Assembly (NCBI GenBank): GCA_951406725.2
Contig: OX597841.1
Coordinates: 11,222,001-11,286,000 of the forward strand
Length of the DNA: 64,000 bases
From: Octopus vulgaris
Lineage: Eukaryota
Direction: 5' to 3'
Shown here: piece by piece, positions 43,400-58,232 of the stretch
Layout of the letters: each line of letters starts with the position of its first letter
Position numbering within the stretch: the first letter of the stretch is position 1
The notes under the pieces: generated by a model
Told to the model about the DNA's origin: nothing
The model's database searches: none
The model's input: only the letters and a program-made list of their open reading frames with translations
Program-made: the position numbers and the translations under genes

Positions 43400-43930
43400 C
43401 CAGATAAAAAGCCTGACTCATTTTTAATCGGCATCAACCACGGAGTGCGTTCGAGGAGGCATCCGGCCTCTCTGGTGAGTTGATCTCCAAACGTTGTGTT
43501 CAAATGACCAGCTCAAGTACAACCATTCTTTGACATCCATAGAAGTAGGTCGCAGGCCAGGTCTTGTTTAGCTCGCCCGCAATGTCCCAAAAGACGCAAG
43601 CGCTTTCCCCTTATAATGATGGAAACAGGCAGGAGATCTCCTTACAGCTGTTTCTGGGTGGAATGAGTCCTCCAACATATGTTTGAGACTGCTCTTAACA
43701 TTCGGCAGTAAGTTCCATCTTGCTTGGATTCTAGCTTTTAATTAAGCATCAAGGCTGTTGCTCAATATAAAAAGACTGACTTTACCATTGTAGCGGTTGA
43801 GAGAGATCTTCAGGTGGGCACTCAGTTTGTCTGGGGAGTTGATCTCTATACGCTGTGTTCGGACAACCAGCCTCTATTACAGCCGTTCTTTGGCATCCAT
43901 AGCAATAGGTCCCTGGGCAGCTCTTGTTTC
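43400..43930 (-). pseudogene. Decayed RTE-clade LINE 3' fragments
   Basis: Minus strand DLLLWM(S/P)KNGC...DQLTREAGCLLE resembles an RTE ORF C-terminus; the segment occurs twice. Confidence 0.5.
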
Positions 43931-44720
<790 letters not shown>

Positions 44721-44740
44721 TCTTCTTCTTCTTCTTCTTT

Positions 44741-44843
<103 letters not shown>

Positions 44844-45079
44844 CTAAAACAGTTTGGTTAGGCTCCATGTGATTTAAAGTTTCGCAGGCTTCTAACAGGA
44901 ACATAGCTCATTTAGGATTGGATTACCGAATGGAGAAATCTGAGCTTCAAAGAGCCAGGTTTCTGTTAGAAGTTTGCAAGACATCTAGTATGAACTACTA
45001 GTAGCACATCATATTACTACCATCACCTAGCTTCGAGCGAAATGTACATCTTTTCGCTAAGTTTTCAAGCGTATTACGT

Positions 45080-45143
45080 CACCTGATGAGGCTCCTCATT
45101 ACATTGATCTCCACTCACTTCGACAGCCGAAACGATCGTAATG
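45080..45143 (+). ncRNA. Type I hammerhead motif
   Basis: cac-CTGATGA-ggct...agcc-GAAA-CGATCG-TA-atg (one stem I mismatch); ~60 nt upstream of (TA)n. Confidence 0.65.
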
Positions 45144-45206
45144 CTAAATAAAGCTTCTAATTACATTCCGTCTTCCGTATCAGTCAATTAGAATATTTAT
45201 TTATAC

Positions 45207-45263
<57 letters not shown>

Positions 45264-45304
45264 TATACATATATATATATACATATACATATACATATAT
45301 ATAT

Positions 45305-45349
<45 letters not shown>

Positions 45350-45358
45350 TATATATAT

Positions 45359-45479
<121 letters not shown>

Positions 45480-45480
45480 C

Positions 45481-45540
<60 letters not shown>

Positions 45541-45545
<5 letters not shown>

Positions 45546-45802
45546 GAGGCGCAATGGCCTAGTGGTTAGGGCAGCGGTCGTAGGATCGCGGTTTCGATTC
45601 CCAGACCGGGCGTTGTGAGTGTTTATTGAGCGAAAACACCTAAAAGCTCCACGATGCTCCGGCAGGGGGTGGTGGCGATCCCTGCTGTACTCTTTCACCA
45701 CTCTTTCTCCCACTCTTTCTCCTGTTGGCCTGCTCGCTTAGCCAGCGGGGTGGCATCATTCGAAGGCTGTAAAACATCTGATGGTCTGGTCGGTCACGTG
45801 AT

Positions 45803-45810
<8 letters not shown>
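45541..45810 (+). mobile_element. tRNA-derived SINE (family B)
   Basis: Head matches 1-270; the 3' part differs. Confidence 0.85.
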
Positions 45811-45840
<30 letters not shown>

Positions 45841-46384
45841 AGTATGTGTGGTAAGAAGCTTGTTTCCCGCTTCAGTCCCACTGCGTGGCACCTTGAGCAA
45901 GTGTTTTCTACAATAGCCCCGAGTCAACCAAAGTCTTCTTAGTAAATTTCTCTATCTCGACACTTCTCTATCTTTCAATACATAAATATATAGATAGATA
46001 GGTATTTGATATTGGCCTATCACTTTTAATGATGATGCCTATTAAGGTAGGAACACTTGTCCTCATGTATCCAGGTAAATTGTATTTTTGTTAACGGCCG
46101 GACAGTCTCAGCGAATTCCTGATTCCTGAGCTTATCCACCTTTTCATTTGCTGACTACCTTAATTACAACCAGGCATTTGTTTACCTTACTCTCATTGGG
46201 AAGATAATTTTAATAAATCAAGAATTATGTTGCATGGCATTTGATGTACAAGGTTTGTATCTTGTAAAACCAGAAGTTTTCAGAGGTTTTTTTCAGGAGA
46301 GAAATTTATTAATTTCAAAGGAGTACAAAACTCTAATTACCTTCTAATTAGGATGTTCTCAATTCAATGCATTTGTTTTAGAGC

Positions 46385-47443
46385 TCCAGTCATTTGTGAA
46401 GGGTCCATGGAAGTCATCCAGTCATTTGTGAAGTGTCCATGGAAGTCATCCAGTCATTTGTGAAGGGTCCATGGAAGTCCTCCAGTCATTTGTGAAGGGT
46501 CCATGGAAGTCCTCCAGTCATTTGTGAAGTGTCCATGGAAGTCCTCCAGTCATTTGTGAAGGGTCCATGGAAGTCCTCCAGTCATTTGTGAAGGGTCCAT
46601 GGAAATCCTCCAGTCATTTGTGAAGTGTCCATGGAAGTCCTCCAGTCATTTGTGAAGTGTCCATGGAAGTCCTCCAGTCATTTGTGAAGGGTCCATGGAA
46701 GTCCTCCAGTCATTTGTGAAGGGTCCATGGAAGTCCTCCAGTCATTTGGGAAGAGTCCATGGAAGTCCTTCAGTCATTTGTGAAGGGTCCATGGAAGTCT
46801 TCCAGTCATTTGTGAAGAGTCCATAGAAGTCCTCCAGTCATTTGTGAAGGGTCCATGGAAGTCCTCCAGTCATTTATGAAGGGTCCATGGAAGTCCTCCA
46901 GTCATTTGTGAAGGGTCCATTGAAGTCTTCCAGTCATTTGTGAAGAGTCCATAGAAGTCCTCCAGTCATTTGTGAAGGGTCCATGGAAGTCCTCCAATCA
47001 TTTATGAAGGGTCCATGGAAGTCCTCCAGTCATTTGTGAAGGGTCCATTGAAGTCCTTCAGTCATTTGTGAAGGGTCCATGGAAGTCCTCCAGTCATTTG
47101 TGAAGGGTCCATGGAAGTCCATCAGTCATTTGTGAAGGGTCCATGGAAGTCCTCCATTCATTTGTGAATGGTCCATGGAAGTCCTCCAGTCATTTGTGAA
47201 GGGTCCATGGAAGTCCTCCAGTCATTTGTGAAGGGTCCATTGAAGTCCTTCAGTCATTTGTGAAGGGTCCATGGAAGTCCTCCAGTCATTTGGGAAGAGT
47301 CCATGGAAGTCCTCCAGTCATTTGTGAAGGGTCCATGGAAATCCATCAGTCATTTGTGAAGTGTCCATTGAAATCCTCCAGTCATTTGTGAAGGGTCCAT
47401 GGAAGTCCCTCAGTCATTTGTGAAAGGTCCATGGAGGCCCTCC
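46385..47443. repeat. 32-bp minisatellite, ~33 copies
   Basis: TCCAGTCATTTGTGAAGGGTCCATGGAAGTCC. Confidence 0.95.
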
Positions 47444-47827
47444 AAAATGAAATCGTCCGGGTCCCTTATCACAGCTTCCTTAATCTTTTCTTTCCGGTCG
47501 GGGAACAACTAAATGTTACAGAAGTCAAGATCTAGACTAAAGGGACGGTAACGAACACTTTTGTTGTCCATTTCTGTCAAGTTACCAGGATGCTTCTCGT
47601 CACCTGAGCACTCTGGGAACAAACTTTGTCCAAATTTTATGCATATCCTGTTCTTCGTGAATAACTCTGTGCACCGTTGCCATAGCAACTCCAAAACTAT
47701 GATTATTAGCTTTAATAGATACCCGACGGTCTCATCGAAAGAACTGCGAATTTTCGTGACTAGCTCTGATGTTCTGACATCGCTCTCCCTCCCACACATC
47801 ACAACCTCTCTTACCCCGTCTCAATAA

Positions 47828-48045
47828 TCCTTTCTACTGATGATACAAAGGCTCAAATTACAGGTGAGGCGACTAGTTGATTACATCGACCCCCTACCGG
47901 TGTCTCGCTGGTACTTAATTTATCAACCCCGAAAAGATGAAAGGCAAAGTCGACCTCGGCGGAATTTGAACTCAGAACGTAGCGACGGGCGAAATGCCTT
48001 CATAATAATGCCCGGCTTGCTGACGGTTCTGTTAGCTCGCTGCTT
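47828..48045 (-). mobile_element. SINE family D
   Basis: Reverse complement of the 33455 family core. Confidence 0.75.
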
Positions 48046-48466
48046 GAAGAAGAAGAAGAAGAAGAAGAAGAAGAAGAAGAAGAAGAAGAAGAAGAAGAAG
48101 AAGAAGAAGAAGAAGAAGAAGAAGAAGAAGAAGAAGAAGAAGAAGAAGAAGAAGAAGAAGAGAAACAAGATGAAGAAAAAATCACAACACAAATTCTGTG
48201 CCAGTAAAATAAGAAGAAAAATTTCTTTTATTTTTTAAATTTCATTTTTCAAAATTTTATTCACAATTTAAATAATTTTATTTCAAGAATCAAATTTTCC
48301 TTTTCGTAATTGTCATTTCATTTCTTTAAATTAGTATTTTCTGAAGAAAAAAAAATAAATGTTAATATTTTATTTATTTTTGTTGTTAAATAATATTTCC
48401 TCCGTCCTGACTGAGTGTGTGTATGTGTACGTGTGTGTGTGTGTGCGTGTGTGTGCGTGCGTGCGT

Positions 48467-48536
<70 letters not shown>

Positions 48537-48719
48537 GTTTGTGTGTGTGTGTGTGCGTGTGTGTGCATGCGTGTGTGTCTAAATATATGATGTGTGTAGC
48601 GAACCCATAGCTTTATGATTGTCCCAGAAATGGTGCCATGTGTGAGTGCGTATACATACATACATACATACATACACGCACACACACTCACACATAGATA
48701 TACATAGATACATAGATGC

Positions 48720-48752
<33 letters not shown>

Positions 48753-48753
48753 C

Positions 48754-48811
<58 letters not shown>

Positions 48812-48844
48812 ATATATATACATATAATATATATATACATATAC

Positions 48845-48907
<63 letters not shown>

Positions 48908-49037
48908 CACATACATATACATATATATACCTGTGTGTATTTGTGTATGTATGTGTGTGTGAATGTATGTCCGTTTATGCTTTTATTTTCACATGCCAGT
49001 GTGTATATGTGAATGTTTGCGTATATAAAAATACGTG

Positions 49038-49088
<51 letters not shown>

Positions 49089-49226
49089 CGATGTATGCGT
49101 ATATGCGCATAGTGTACAAGTGAGGTTGTATGCGTGTATATGCATGTCGTTGTATGCCTGAGTATATGTGTGTATACATGTGCACGTGCGTGTGTGAGTA
49201 CATGCACGTGCGTTTATATGTATATG

Positions 49227-49265
<39 letters not shown>

Positions 49266-49531
49266 GTGTAGAAATACATGTGAGCGTGTATACGGGTGTG
49301 TATATGTATACCTGTTTAGTGGTGTGTAGGTGGATAGGTGTGGGGGTGGGGGGTGCGGGGGGAAGGGGTTGCTTGACGGCGGATGGTCGTGTGTGGAGTG
49401 GAGGCGAGTGAAGAGAGGGAGTGGGGGAAGGGGGGAAAATAACAACGACAACAACAGCAACGACAATGATAACAAGAAGAAGAGCATTTACGAGAAAACG
49501 CATTCATGTCAACAGATTTAGGGAGAGAAAG

Positions 49532-49578
<47 letters not shown>

Positions 49579-49772
49579 TAGTGGTAGTAGTAGTAGTAGT
49601 ATAGTAGTAGTATAGTGGTAGTAGTAGTAGTAGTATAGTAGTAGTAGTATAGTAGTAGTTGTAGTAGTAGTGGTGTGGTGGTGGTAGTAGTATAGTGGTA
49701 GTAGTAGTAGTAGTGGTGTGGTGGTGGTAGTAGTATAGTGGTAGTAGTAGTAGTAGTAGTAGTTGTTGTTGT

Positions 49773-49808
<36 letters not shown>

Positions 49809-50099
49809 GAAGAAGAAGAAGAAGAAGAAGAAGAAGAAGAAGAAGAAGAAGAAGAAGAAGAAGAAGAAGAGGAAGGAGAGGAAGTAAGGAGGAGGGGAGG
49901 GTGAAGGAAATGCTGTGATGTTCCATTTGCGTGAGTTTATTATTAGCATTAGCGACTCCGGAAGTGAAGCGAACCGACGTGTGTGTCAAAAGGCTTCTAC
50001 CGGAATCGAAACCCTGACGATGGCGATCATTTCGCTTCATTGTATTATAAATTTCAGATGCTGGTATAATAGAAATATAAGTTTTCATAAGAGCAGGAA

Positions 50100-51940
50100 C
50101 TGAAGAGAATAAATGTTTTTTTTTTGTTTTTTTTTTAAATTGGACTAAAAGAAAAGAACTCTTTTTAAACGTAGGAATTAAAATTGAAATGTATGTAAAT
50201 GCGGGAAATAAAGTATAGTTCTTTTTATATTTTATAACTGTTTTTAAATGCTGAAATTTAAGAATTAAACTGTTTTTTATGTATTGAAATAAATAACAGT
50301 TTTTAAATGCAGGAATTAAATATGTTTTTAGATGGAGGTAAAGAGTATATCTGTTTTTAAATGCAAGAATTTAGGAGTATAACTCTTTTACACGTTGAAA
50401 GAAAGAAGTATAATTTTTTAATGCATAAATTAAAGACAATAACTGTTTATATAATGGAATAAAAGCGGATAACTTCTTTTAATTGTTAGAATGAGAGAGT
50501 ATAACAGTTTGTACATGTCTTAACTAGGGTGAATAACTATTTTTTAAATATAGAACTAAAAGTGTATACTCAGAAATATTAAATTTCTAAATATCTCATA
50601 GAGATATGTACGGTGGTGGGGCAATAGAACAGTTGTATACTCTCAATTTAACGTGACAGTAGGGGATTACCCCACCGCTGTTTAGCCCTAGGAAGCATCG
50701 ACGCTTCCTGCCGGCTTCAAAAAAAATATGTGTCGAAGCTGGCAGGAAGCGTCGATGCTTCCTAGAGCTAAACAGCGGTGGTGTAATCCCCTACTGTCAC
50801 GTTAATTTGACAGTATACAACCGTTCTAAAAGTGTATAGCTGTTTCCAAATGCTGAAATGGATGTGTAATAGTAGAGTCAAGGAATTTTAACTGTTTTTA
50901 AGTGTTGTTATGAAGGAGTACAGCTTTTAAAATGTTTTTAAGAAGGAGCACATCTCTTTTGTATTGGATTCAATGAATACTGCTATTTTTTTAAATAATG
51001 AACTTAGAGAAGAGTTTAACTGCTTCTAAGTGTTGGAATGAAAGAATATAACCGTTGTTAAACATTAGAATGATAAAGTATATCTGTTTTTAAATGCGAG
51101 AATGAAAAAGTATCAGTCTTTTTATAAAGGAATGAAAGGGTGTAAGTGTTTTCAAATGTTGCAATGAAGTAGTTTTACATTGAAATGAAAGGGGTAACGC
51201 AGTTTTTAAATGCGGGATTATGAATATATAACCGCTATTTAAACGTGGAAGTGAGGAAATATGCTTAAAAAACTTGAAGGAAAGATCATAATCATTTTCA
51301 ACGTTAAAAAAATCTGTGTTTAATGTTGGATTGAAGAAACTGTTTTGATGGGGAAACAAAGGGATATAATTTTTGTTAAGCATTGCAGTTTAAATTATAT
51401 CTGTTTTTAAAGTTTACAAACTTAGAGAATGAAAAGGCGTTACTGTCTTTAAATGAAGGAAAGAAAAATCATAACAGTTTTTAATGAATGGAAGAAGTAG
51501 TATAGCTGTGTTATAACGAAGGTATATAACTATTTAATGTGGTGGGAAAGAAGTATAACTATTTTAAACTGTTATATTGAAGGAATATAACTGTTTTGTT
51601 TTTGTTGGAATGTAAAAGTACAACTATTTCAGATTGAACGAGTATAACTGCTTTTAATGATGAGCTGAAGTATAACTGTTTTCGTATAAACGAATATGAC
51701 TGTTTTTAATATTAGAATGTAAAAGTACTGTTATTTCTGATCGAAAGGATATAACTGTTTTTAGTGATGAGCTTATGAAGTATAGCAGTTTTCGTATGAA
51801 AAAATATAGCTTTTCAAATATTACTTTGAAAAGAGTAAGTGTATTTTGAAATGCTGGAAAGGAATATATCAGTTTTTAAATGCCGGAAGCAGAGTAAAAC
51901 TGTTTATAATTGTGGAATTTATGAGTAAAACTGTTTAACA
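50100..51940. repeat. Old, degenerate AT-rich minisatellite (~33 bp)
   Basis: Recurrent GAATGAAAGAGTATAACTGTTTTTAAATG-like units. Confidence 0.65.
50625..50828. mobile_element. Fold-back MITE with ~93-bp TIRs and TA flanks
   Basis: TAGAACAGTTGTATAC...GCTTC / GAAGC...GTATACAACCGTTCTA with a 16-nt spacer. Confidence 0.85.
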
Positions 51941-52005
51941 TTTGGTTCCTCATTTTTTCTTTTGCGCTAACCTCACGATATAACTGGTTGTCATGGAGGC
52001 AAGGC

Positions 52006-52047
<42 letters not shown>

Positions 52048-53289
52048 TGTGTGTGTGTGTGGAGTGTGTGTGTTTGGTGTGTATGTATGTGATAGGGTGA
52101 AACAGGGAAAGAAGTAACGGCCTAAAATTGGCCACTGCAGCATCTGAACACTAAATGCACGATGTATAACCGTAAATAGATATACGTCTATATATATATA
52201 TCTATATGTGATACACGTATGTATGTATGTGTACGTATCTGTCTGTCTGTTTGTCTGCCTCTCTCTCGCTATATATATTTATTTGTATAAGTGTACGTAT
52301 GTGTGTGTGTTTGCAAATACACAAGCACACGCACACATACATAAGTACATACATACACACGTATATATGCATATATTTATAATTTATATCCTCAATATAG
52401 GCTACATATACATACATAAACTACACACACAAACACATACATACACACATACAAACGCATACATACATATATATATATACACACATACACACGTACATAT
52501 ATTCATAAAAATACATACACATGCAGAGACACACACACACACACATACACACACATATATAAGCCCATAATATGCTTTCACTTACAATGTGATTATGTGG
52601 TGTTCATGCACTGCCCTTTTTTGAAGAGTTCTTCGAAGTAAACAACCAAAAGTTACCCCCCCCCCCCACAAAAAAAATGCCAAGACAAAATCAAGAAAAA
52701 AAATCACCAGTAACAGATTATTGTTGTTGTTACTGTTGTTGTTGTTGTTAGTTTTGTTCATGTTGCGGTTGTTGTCGTCGTTGGTGTGGTTGTTTGTTGC
52801 TGTTGGTGTTGGTGTTGGTGGCGATCGCGGTGGCGCTAGTGTAGTTTTTATTTTATCGCCGTTTCGTTCCTTTCTTCGTCAGGATTGATGCCTGGGAATC
52901 TCTTCGGGCATTTCCTTACCGCTTCCCTTCCTCTTCCTCTCCTTCCTTCCTCTCCTTCCTCTCCTTCCTTCCTTGCTCTCCTTCCTTCTTTCCTCCCCTT
53001 CCTTCTTCTCCTTCCTTCCTTCCTTCCTCTCCTTCCTTCCTCTCCTTCCTTCCTCTCCTTCTTTCCTTCCTTCCTTCCTTCCTCTCCTTCCTTCTACTCC
53101 TTCCTTCCTTCCTCTCCTTCCTCCCCTTCCTCTCCTTCCTTCCTTCCTTCCTTCCGTTTCATCATTCATTCTTCCATATAGAACCCCCCCATTGCCTCCA
53201 CTAATATATATAAACATCTATTTCTACACATACGAGTGTGTGTGTGTGTGTGTGTAAGTGCGCGCATGCGTTTGTGTGTGTATATATAT

Positions 53290-53342
<53 letters not shown>

Positions 53343-53687
53343 TACACACACACACACACACAAACACGCACACACACACATATATATATATATATATACA
53401 TATACAAATGTGTATATGTGTATATGTAAGCACAGAAAGAGAGGAAGATAAAGGGAGAGCAACAGAGAGGAAGAAGAGGAGACAAATTCATTTATATACA
53501 CTCTTCATGCTGACATATAAATATAAATGTATGTGTCTATGTTAAAAAAGATGTATAAGCCTGCGTGTGTCTGTGTATACTTGCGCATACACACACACAT
53601 TTATGCGTGTTTGTGTGTCTGTATATATATATATATATGTATATACATACACACATATATATATAGGTATACATACATATATATATA

Positions 53688-53832
<145 letters not shown>

Positions 53833-53900
53833 TTATGCATCTGTGGATGTTTGTGTGTGTACATTCATTGTGTATGTTTATGTTTGTGAGTCGGTCGGTG

Positions 53901-53937
<37 letters not shown>

Positions 53938-54649
53938 ATGTGTGTGTGTGTGTGGATACCAGTTCCAGTCCCGAAACGAGGTCGACAAAGTTCACAAAAC
54001 AAGGAATGGTAAGAAGAATCTTCCAAAAGGTTCTGGAATGTGCTCAAACGTCATGTTTCAGATTTTGGGGTTTGAAAAAAAAAAAAAAAAAATTTTCAGG
54101 TATTCCGAGCAGCCAAGATCTGGAATGGAAAAGAAAGTTAAAATCATTAAACATACACATTGTATGGGTATGCCCGGACACATTATGCATACATACGTAC
54201 ATACACACACATACATACATAATACATACATACATACATACACGCATACATACATACATACATACATAGATACTTACATACATACATACATACTTACATA
54301 CATGCATACATACGTACATACATACATACACGCATACATACATACATACATACATATATACATCATACATACATACATACACACACACATACATACATAA
54401 CACATACATACATACATACATACATACATACTTACATACATGCATACATACGTACATACATACATACACGCATACATACATACATACATACATATATACA
54501 TCATACATACATACATACACACACACATACATACATAACACATACATACATACATACATACACACACACATACATACATACATACATACATACATACATA
54601 CATAAATACATACACACATACATACATGGATACATACATACATACATAC

Positions 54650-55210
54650 ATGGTGGCTGCCCTCTCGTTATCGAGTATGGCCATTGCACGAAGCTTAATC
54701 AATGTTATTATCGTGCAATGCCTGTGCAAGAAGATTTCTTCTTTTAAAGTGAGGAAAGGCTGTGCACTGAGTCAATCCCACTCACTAAGCAACAGCAGCC
54801 ATAATCCGAAAAGAAGAACAAGTCAACATCATCGGTAACTACTGAGCCGCAGGTTTTATGTTGGAGTTATCCCAGCTACCTGAGTTTCCTTCTCCTAGAA
54901 GGATGCCCTAACAAAGGCTAGGAGTCCTTCACTCCCAATGGTTTAACCGCGCGATCGGGTATTCAGTCCGATTATGTCTATGTCCCTGCGCATGATACAG
55001 CCTTAAGACATTTATTGGATGGCCGTTGACTTTCAAGAGCTCCACCGCCCTTTGACGGGTTTTGTTTTTCATCCCACAGGGTGTCCAATAAACACCCTCC
55101 TCACCAAGCAAGCTTGGTGGGGTTGCCGGTTTAGTCGCCGACGACCCGACCATGCAACAGGTTGTGCTGGGTTACATGTTACCAGTAGCACTCGAAAGTG
55201 ACCTGACATA
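54650..55210 (-). mobile_element. Non-autonomous RTE-derived element (5' leader plus 3' tail) inside (TACA)n
   Basis: Minus strand TAGCCTTTGTTAGGGCATCCTTCTAGGAGAAGGAAACTC resembles an RTE 5'-UTR motif; hairpin tail CTCGATAACGAG followed by (TATG)n; no ORF. Confidence 0.5.
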
Positions 55211-55361
55211 ACATACATACATGGATACATACATACATACATACATACATACATACATACATACATACATACAAACATACATACATACATACATACATAC
55301 ATACATACATACATACATGCATACATACATGCATACATACATACATACATACATACATACA

Positions 55362-55395
<34 letters not shown>

Positions 55396-55587
55396 CAAGC
55401 ATACATAATTTCTTTCAGTTTCTGTCTACCAAATCCACTCACAATGCTTTAGTCAGCTTATATTAGAAAACACTTGTCCAAGGTGCCACGAGGTGGGACT
55501 GAACTCGGAACCATGTGGTTGACAAGCAAACTTCTTTCCACACAGCCACGCCTGCGCAAAGAATATGTTTATAAGCGTAAGTGCACA

Positions 55588-55972
55588 TAGGCGCGGGAGT
55601 GGCTGTGTGGTAAGTAGCTTGCTTACCAACCACGTGGTTCCGGGTTCAGTCCCACTGCGCGGCATCTTGGGCAAGTGTCTTCTACTATAGCCTCGGGCCG
55701 ACCAATGCCTTGTGAGTGGATTTGGTAGACGGAAACTGAAAGAAGCCTGTCGTATATATGTATGCGTGTATGTCTGTGTGTCTGTGTTTGTCCCCCTAGC
55801 ATTGCTTGACAACCGATGCTGGTGTGTTTATGTCCCCGTCACTTAGCGGTTCGGCAAAAGAGACCGATAGAATAAGTACTGGGCTTACAAAAGAATAAGT
55901 CCCGCGGTCGAGTTGCTTGATTAAAGGCGGTGCTCCAGCATGGCCGCAGTCAAATGACTGAAACAAGTAAAA
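55588..55972 (+). mobile_element. SINE family A, full length
   Basis: Matches consensus; inverted head at 55409-55557. Confidence 0.9.
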
Positions 55973-55979
55973 AAAAATA

Positions 55980-56560
55980 TGGACCCCGTTTACAAGAATC
56001 TAGTGGGGTGTAGTCTGATGCGTAAGGGATATGGACTATGCCGATGATATTGCGCTCCTGGGAATACTCCAGCGAATGATGGGTACCCAGAGAGGCTGGT
56101 TATACAGCAAATCACTTCCAAGAACACCTGTGTGATGTAGGCCACTGGGCAAGGAGAGATGCGAATTCTTGCGAATCAAGAATCCATTAAAGCTGTCGCC
56201 AACTTCACCGAAGTGGGCAGCGATATTATTACAGAAGGATTCACGGAGGTGAATGTCAACCCCGGAATCAAGAGTGTAAAGGAGATGTTCAGAGGAATGG
56301 AGAGAATCGAGACAAGAATGAAAAATGGAAAGATAGATAGAAAACAAACATGTGGCTGGAACCACGTGACTTACCAAGCACACATCATGTGACAACCGAT
56401 AAATGACATGGAGCCTGTTTGTAAGCAGGATCTTATACACCCGCCTATCCTCCGTCTGTCCACTGTCGGCATCACATCGGCGGACTTCCGCACTTTGCCA
56501 ATTCTGAGCATCCGCTGGATATTGAAACCGTTATGTCTGTATTGGCCGTTCGTGTCTGTA
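55980..56560 (+). pseudogene. Decayed LINE reverse transcriptase fragment (RTE-like)
   Basis: GACTATGCCGATGATATTGCGCTCCTG = DYADDIALL; downstream IKAVANFT.VGS.I resembles the RT domain 7 region. Confidence 0.7.
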
Positions 56561-56835
56561 AAAGGTAAAAGGAAAAAAAAAATCACATGAAAAAAAAAAA
56601 AAATGTTCGTTAATAAGATATTCGTTGACTGTTTTATTTATCCTAAAAAGAAACAAAAAACAAAATTCTTTCATTGTAATTTAAACAACATGAAACAAGA
56701 TAGTCTTGTATGCATGTACGTATTTATAAATGTATGTATGTATATACGCGCGCGTAAACCTTAGTCAAACACGCTTTTCCCTCTCCGATATATTAATGTG
56801 CCTCTATTAATGTGCGCTTCCCATAATAACAGGAA

Positions 56836-56908
56836 TCTTACTGAAGAGCCTACCTGAGTAAATAAATATTATTTTTATTGCTGAAATAGACGAAACTGCA
56901 GTCTAAGA
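56836..56908 (+). ncRNA. Type I hammerhead ribozyme motif
   Basis: tctta-CTGAAGA-gccta...tagac-GAAA-CTGCAG-TC-taaga: perfect stem I, palindromic stem III, GUC triplet. Confidence 0.8.
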
Positions 56909-57077
56909 AGAACTAAGTTTGTAAAAGTTTTTAATTTTCATCTCATTAAATTTATCCAGCTTTTGTGTATCTAGTACACACTTCGCCTCTTAATGTACTT
57001 ATATATGAATAATATATGGCGTGTCCTAGAACACCAGCGATAATAATTAATTTTATTGTATCGCATTTTACTTTGTT

Positions 57078-57123
<46 letters not shown>

Positions 57124-57276
57124 GAGAAAAAAAAACTACCTTTTATCAATTCAAAATAATTAAATTACACCATCTAGAAAATTACATATACTAGAAAAGT
57201 TAAAATTGAAATAACAATTAAAAAGTAAAGATTAAGTAAATTACAAGAATAATGTAATGTATATAATAGGTAGAAA

Positions 57277-57363
57277 AACGACACGTGTTTCGCTGTTATA
57301 TTTAAGAAATGATTATAGTAATAGAGAAATCACTTGCATATAAATATAGTCGCTCATCAGGTT
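57277..57363 (-). ncRNA. Type I hammerhead ribozyme motif
   Basis: aac-CTGATGA-gc...gc-GAAA-CACGTG-TC-gtt; its downstream part (~57130-57250) is homologous to ~22140-22270. Confidence 0.75.
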
Positions 57364-57754
57364 AAAATATGATAGAACAGTAAAATAATTAATTAATAAA
57401 TATACTTTAATATATACATATATATACACATATATATAAATATATATGTATATGAAAATTCTAAATATACATAATTGAAAAATAAAATAATAATTCAATA
57501 ATTAAATACTTTAAAATTAAATAAAAAACACCAAACTATAAAAAGTCATTAAATTGTAATCAAAATAAGAAATGTTTCAAATATAGACAAACTCCTTACA
57601 TATAATATACATGTGTAGTATCTATGGATTTAATATTACAAACTATAACAAAATAGACTAAATATCAAATAATATAATACCTAATTAACTTCAATCTAGT
57701 ATTACAAAAACATAATCCACCTATAAATCAACAAATGATATAATATATTATATA

Positions 57755-57794
<40 letters not shown>

Positions 57795-57798
57795 CATA

Positions 57799-58194
57799 TC
57801 TTTATATATAAAACTGTAGTTGTGTGAGTGTCTGTCCCCTTTGATTTAGATTCCTAACTACTCCCACATTTTGCGGTGCAGTGTAACGAAAAGCGGGTAT
57901 CTTATAGTCGTGATTCATATCGAGCCCGTCTGGGTATTAGCGCGCGTCTACGATGAGTCTACGATTTAAAAAAAAAATTTACCATCAATTTTTCCCATTT
58001 TTAATCCATTTTTGGCATATATAAGGGAAGTAACTCTCTAAAAATTTATTATTAAATCTCAGAACGTAAAAAGCTACAGTAACCCCCCTCTTTGTGGTTA
58101 GCCATATTGAGATGGCTATTATACTTTACATCTCTAAAAATGCTTATATAGTTATTTCCCTTACAAACCCGAGCAACGCCGGGCGATACTGCTA

Positions 58195-58195
<1 letters not shown>
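57799..58195 (+). mobile_element. Non-autonomous Helitron
   Basis: A|TC ... CCCGAGCAACGCCGGG ... CTAG|T. Confidence 0.85.

Positions 58196-58232
<37 letters not shown>

Noticed and set aside
46385-47443. 32-bp (and 36-bp at 11518) repeats as CRISPR arrays
   Set aside because: Units are contiguous with no unique spacers, no cas genes, eukaryotic context.
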